Assembly (NCBI RefSeq): GCF_963921235.1
Contig: NC_086097.1
Coordinates: forward strand, 2,232,001 to 2,296,000
Direction: 5' to 3'
Length of the DNA stretch: 64,000 nucleotides
Origin: Mobula hypostoma
Lineage: Eukaryota
Part shown: positions 62,916 to 64,000 of the stretch, one piece after another
How the letters are laid out: every line of letters begins with the position of its first letter
Position numbering within the stretch: the first letter of the stretch is position 1
Notes under the pieces: model-generated
What the model saw: the letters and a program-made list of their open reading frames with translations, nothing else
Databases searched by the model: none
Told to the model about the DNA's origin: nothing
Program-made: the position numbers and the translations under genes

Positions 62916-63235
62916 GGGTCCATGAGCCTTAAGAATGAAAATACACGATGGCAAACAATCCATGGATTTCCATTTAAGGTCTTTTTATCTTTCTATGGAA
63001 CAGCAATCTGCCCTTGTGCCTTTGTCGTTATTCATGAAGGTTAGTTCAAAAGAAACCTTCCAAGGTGCAAATCTATGGTCTGATGAGACTAACGGATGCC
63101 TATTAATTCAAGAGATTGCCAATTGATTGCAATTTTGATTATGATTTGTCAAATTGGCTTAGTGCTTCTCTGGGGATTTCAGCTCATGATATCTGGCTTC
63201 AATAGCCCCATCCACCCTGCACTAATTGGTTAATA

Positions 63236-63890
63236 CCTGACCTGACTTGGACCAACCAAGCAGAGTTCATTACCAAGAAGGCCCACCAGCACCTTTACTT
63301 CCTGAGAAAACTAAAGAAATTTGGCCTGTCCCAAAAACCCTCACTAATTTTTATAGATACACCGTAGAAAGCATTCTTCTACGGTGCATCACAACCTGGT
63401 ATGGAAGTTGTCCTGTCCAAGACCGAAAGAAGCTGCAGAAGATCGTGAACACGGAACATCACATCACACAAACCAATCTTCCATCTGTGGACTCACTTTA
63501 CACCGCACGCTGTCGGAGCAGTGCTGCCAGGATAATCAAGGACACAACCCACCCAGCCAACATACTTTTCGTCCCTCTTCCCTCCGGGAGAAGGCTCAGG
63601 AGCTTAAAGACTCATACTGCCAGATTTGGGAACAGCTTCTTTTCAACTGTAATTAAGACTGCTGAACGGATCCTGACCCGGATCTGGGCCGTACCCTCCA
63701 AATATCCGGACCGGCCTCTCGGTTTTTTTGCACTACCTTACTTTCCATTTTCTATTTATGATTTATAATTTAAATTTTTAATATTTACTATCAATTTGTA
63801 CTCCAGGGAGCGGGAAGCGCAGAATCAAATATTGCTGTGATGATTGTACGTTCTAGTATCAATTGTTTGGTGACAATAAAGCTTAAAGTA
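63236..63890 (+). mobile_element. 5'-truncated Rex1/Babar-like LINE
   Basis: Near-identical to 16717-17398; TSD TAATA (63231-63235 / 63891-63895). Confidence 0.92.
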
Positions 63891-64000
63891 TAATAGCCCC
63901 ACCCACCCTGCACTGATTGGCTAATAGCCCCACCCACCCTGCACTGATTGGCTAATAGCCCCATCCACCCTGCACTGATTGGTTAATATCCCCATCCACC
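63891..64000. repeat. 31-bp minisatellite (TAATAGCCCCAYCCACCCTGCACTGATTGGY) running off the window; first unit at about 63200-63230
   Basis: 3.5 units visible here, plus one before the LINE insertion. Confidence 0.9.

Overview
Eukaryotic, repeat-dense DNA, most likely from a cartilaginous fish (ray/skate-like; inferred from HE1-type V-SINEs with CR1 tails and abundant CR1 and Rex1/Babar LINEs). I find one host coding exon: a 118-bp minus-strand exon at 46126-46243 matching vertebrate ITPK1 (inositol-tetrakisphosphate 1-kinase). The rest is probably ITPK1 intron; I did not find the neighbouring exons. The window is filled with nested, decayed CR1, Rex1/Babar, L1 and other LINE fragments, tRNA-derived SINEs, two solo LTRs, a Tc1 relic and three MITE-type elements. 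It also has tandem arrays with 27, 31, 33, 35 and 58-bp units. The most interesting signals are four. (1) A Penelope-like short repeat family carries minimal hammerhead-ribozyme cores, including a same-strand pair of intact cores at 20445-20755. (2) A 1.85-kb in-frame minisatellite has grown out of a conserved reverse-transcriptase motif. (3) An internal L1 fragment is patched in antisense into a CR1 copy with a templated hairpin junction. (4) A 7.7-kb 35-bp satellite has a monomer with head-to-head RAG-heptamer-like motifs and, on the ITPK1 strand, paired splice-site-like motifs. All family names come from recognising motifs by eye, not from database searches, and most element boundaries are approximate.
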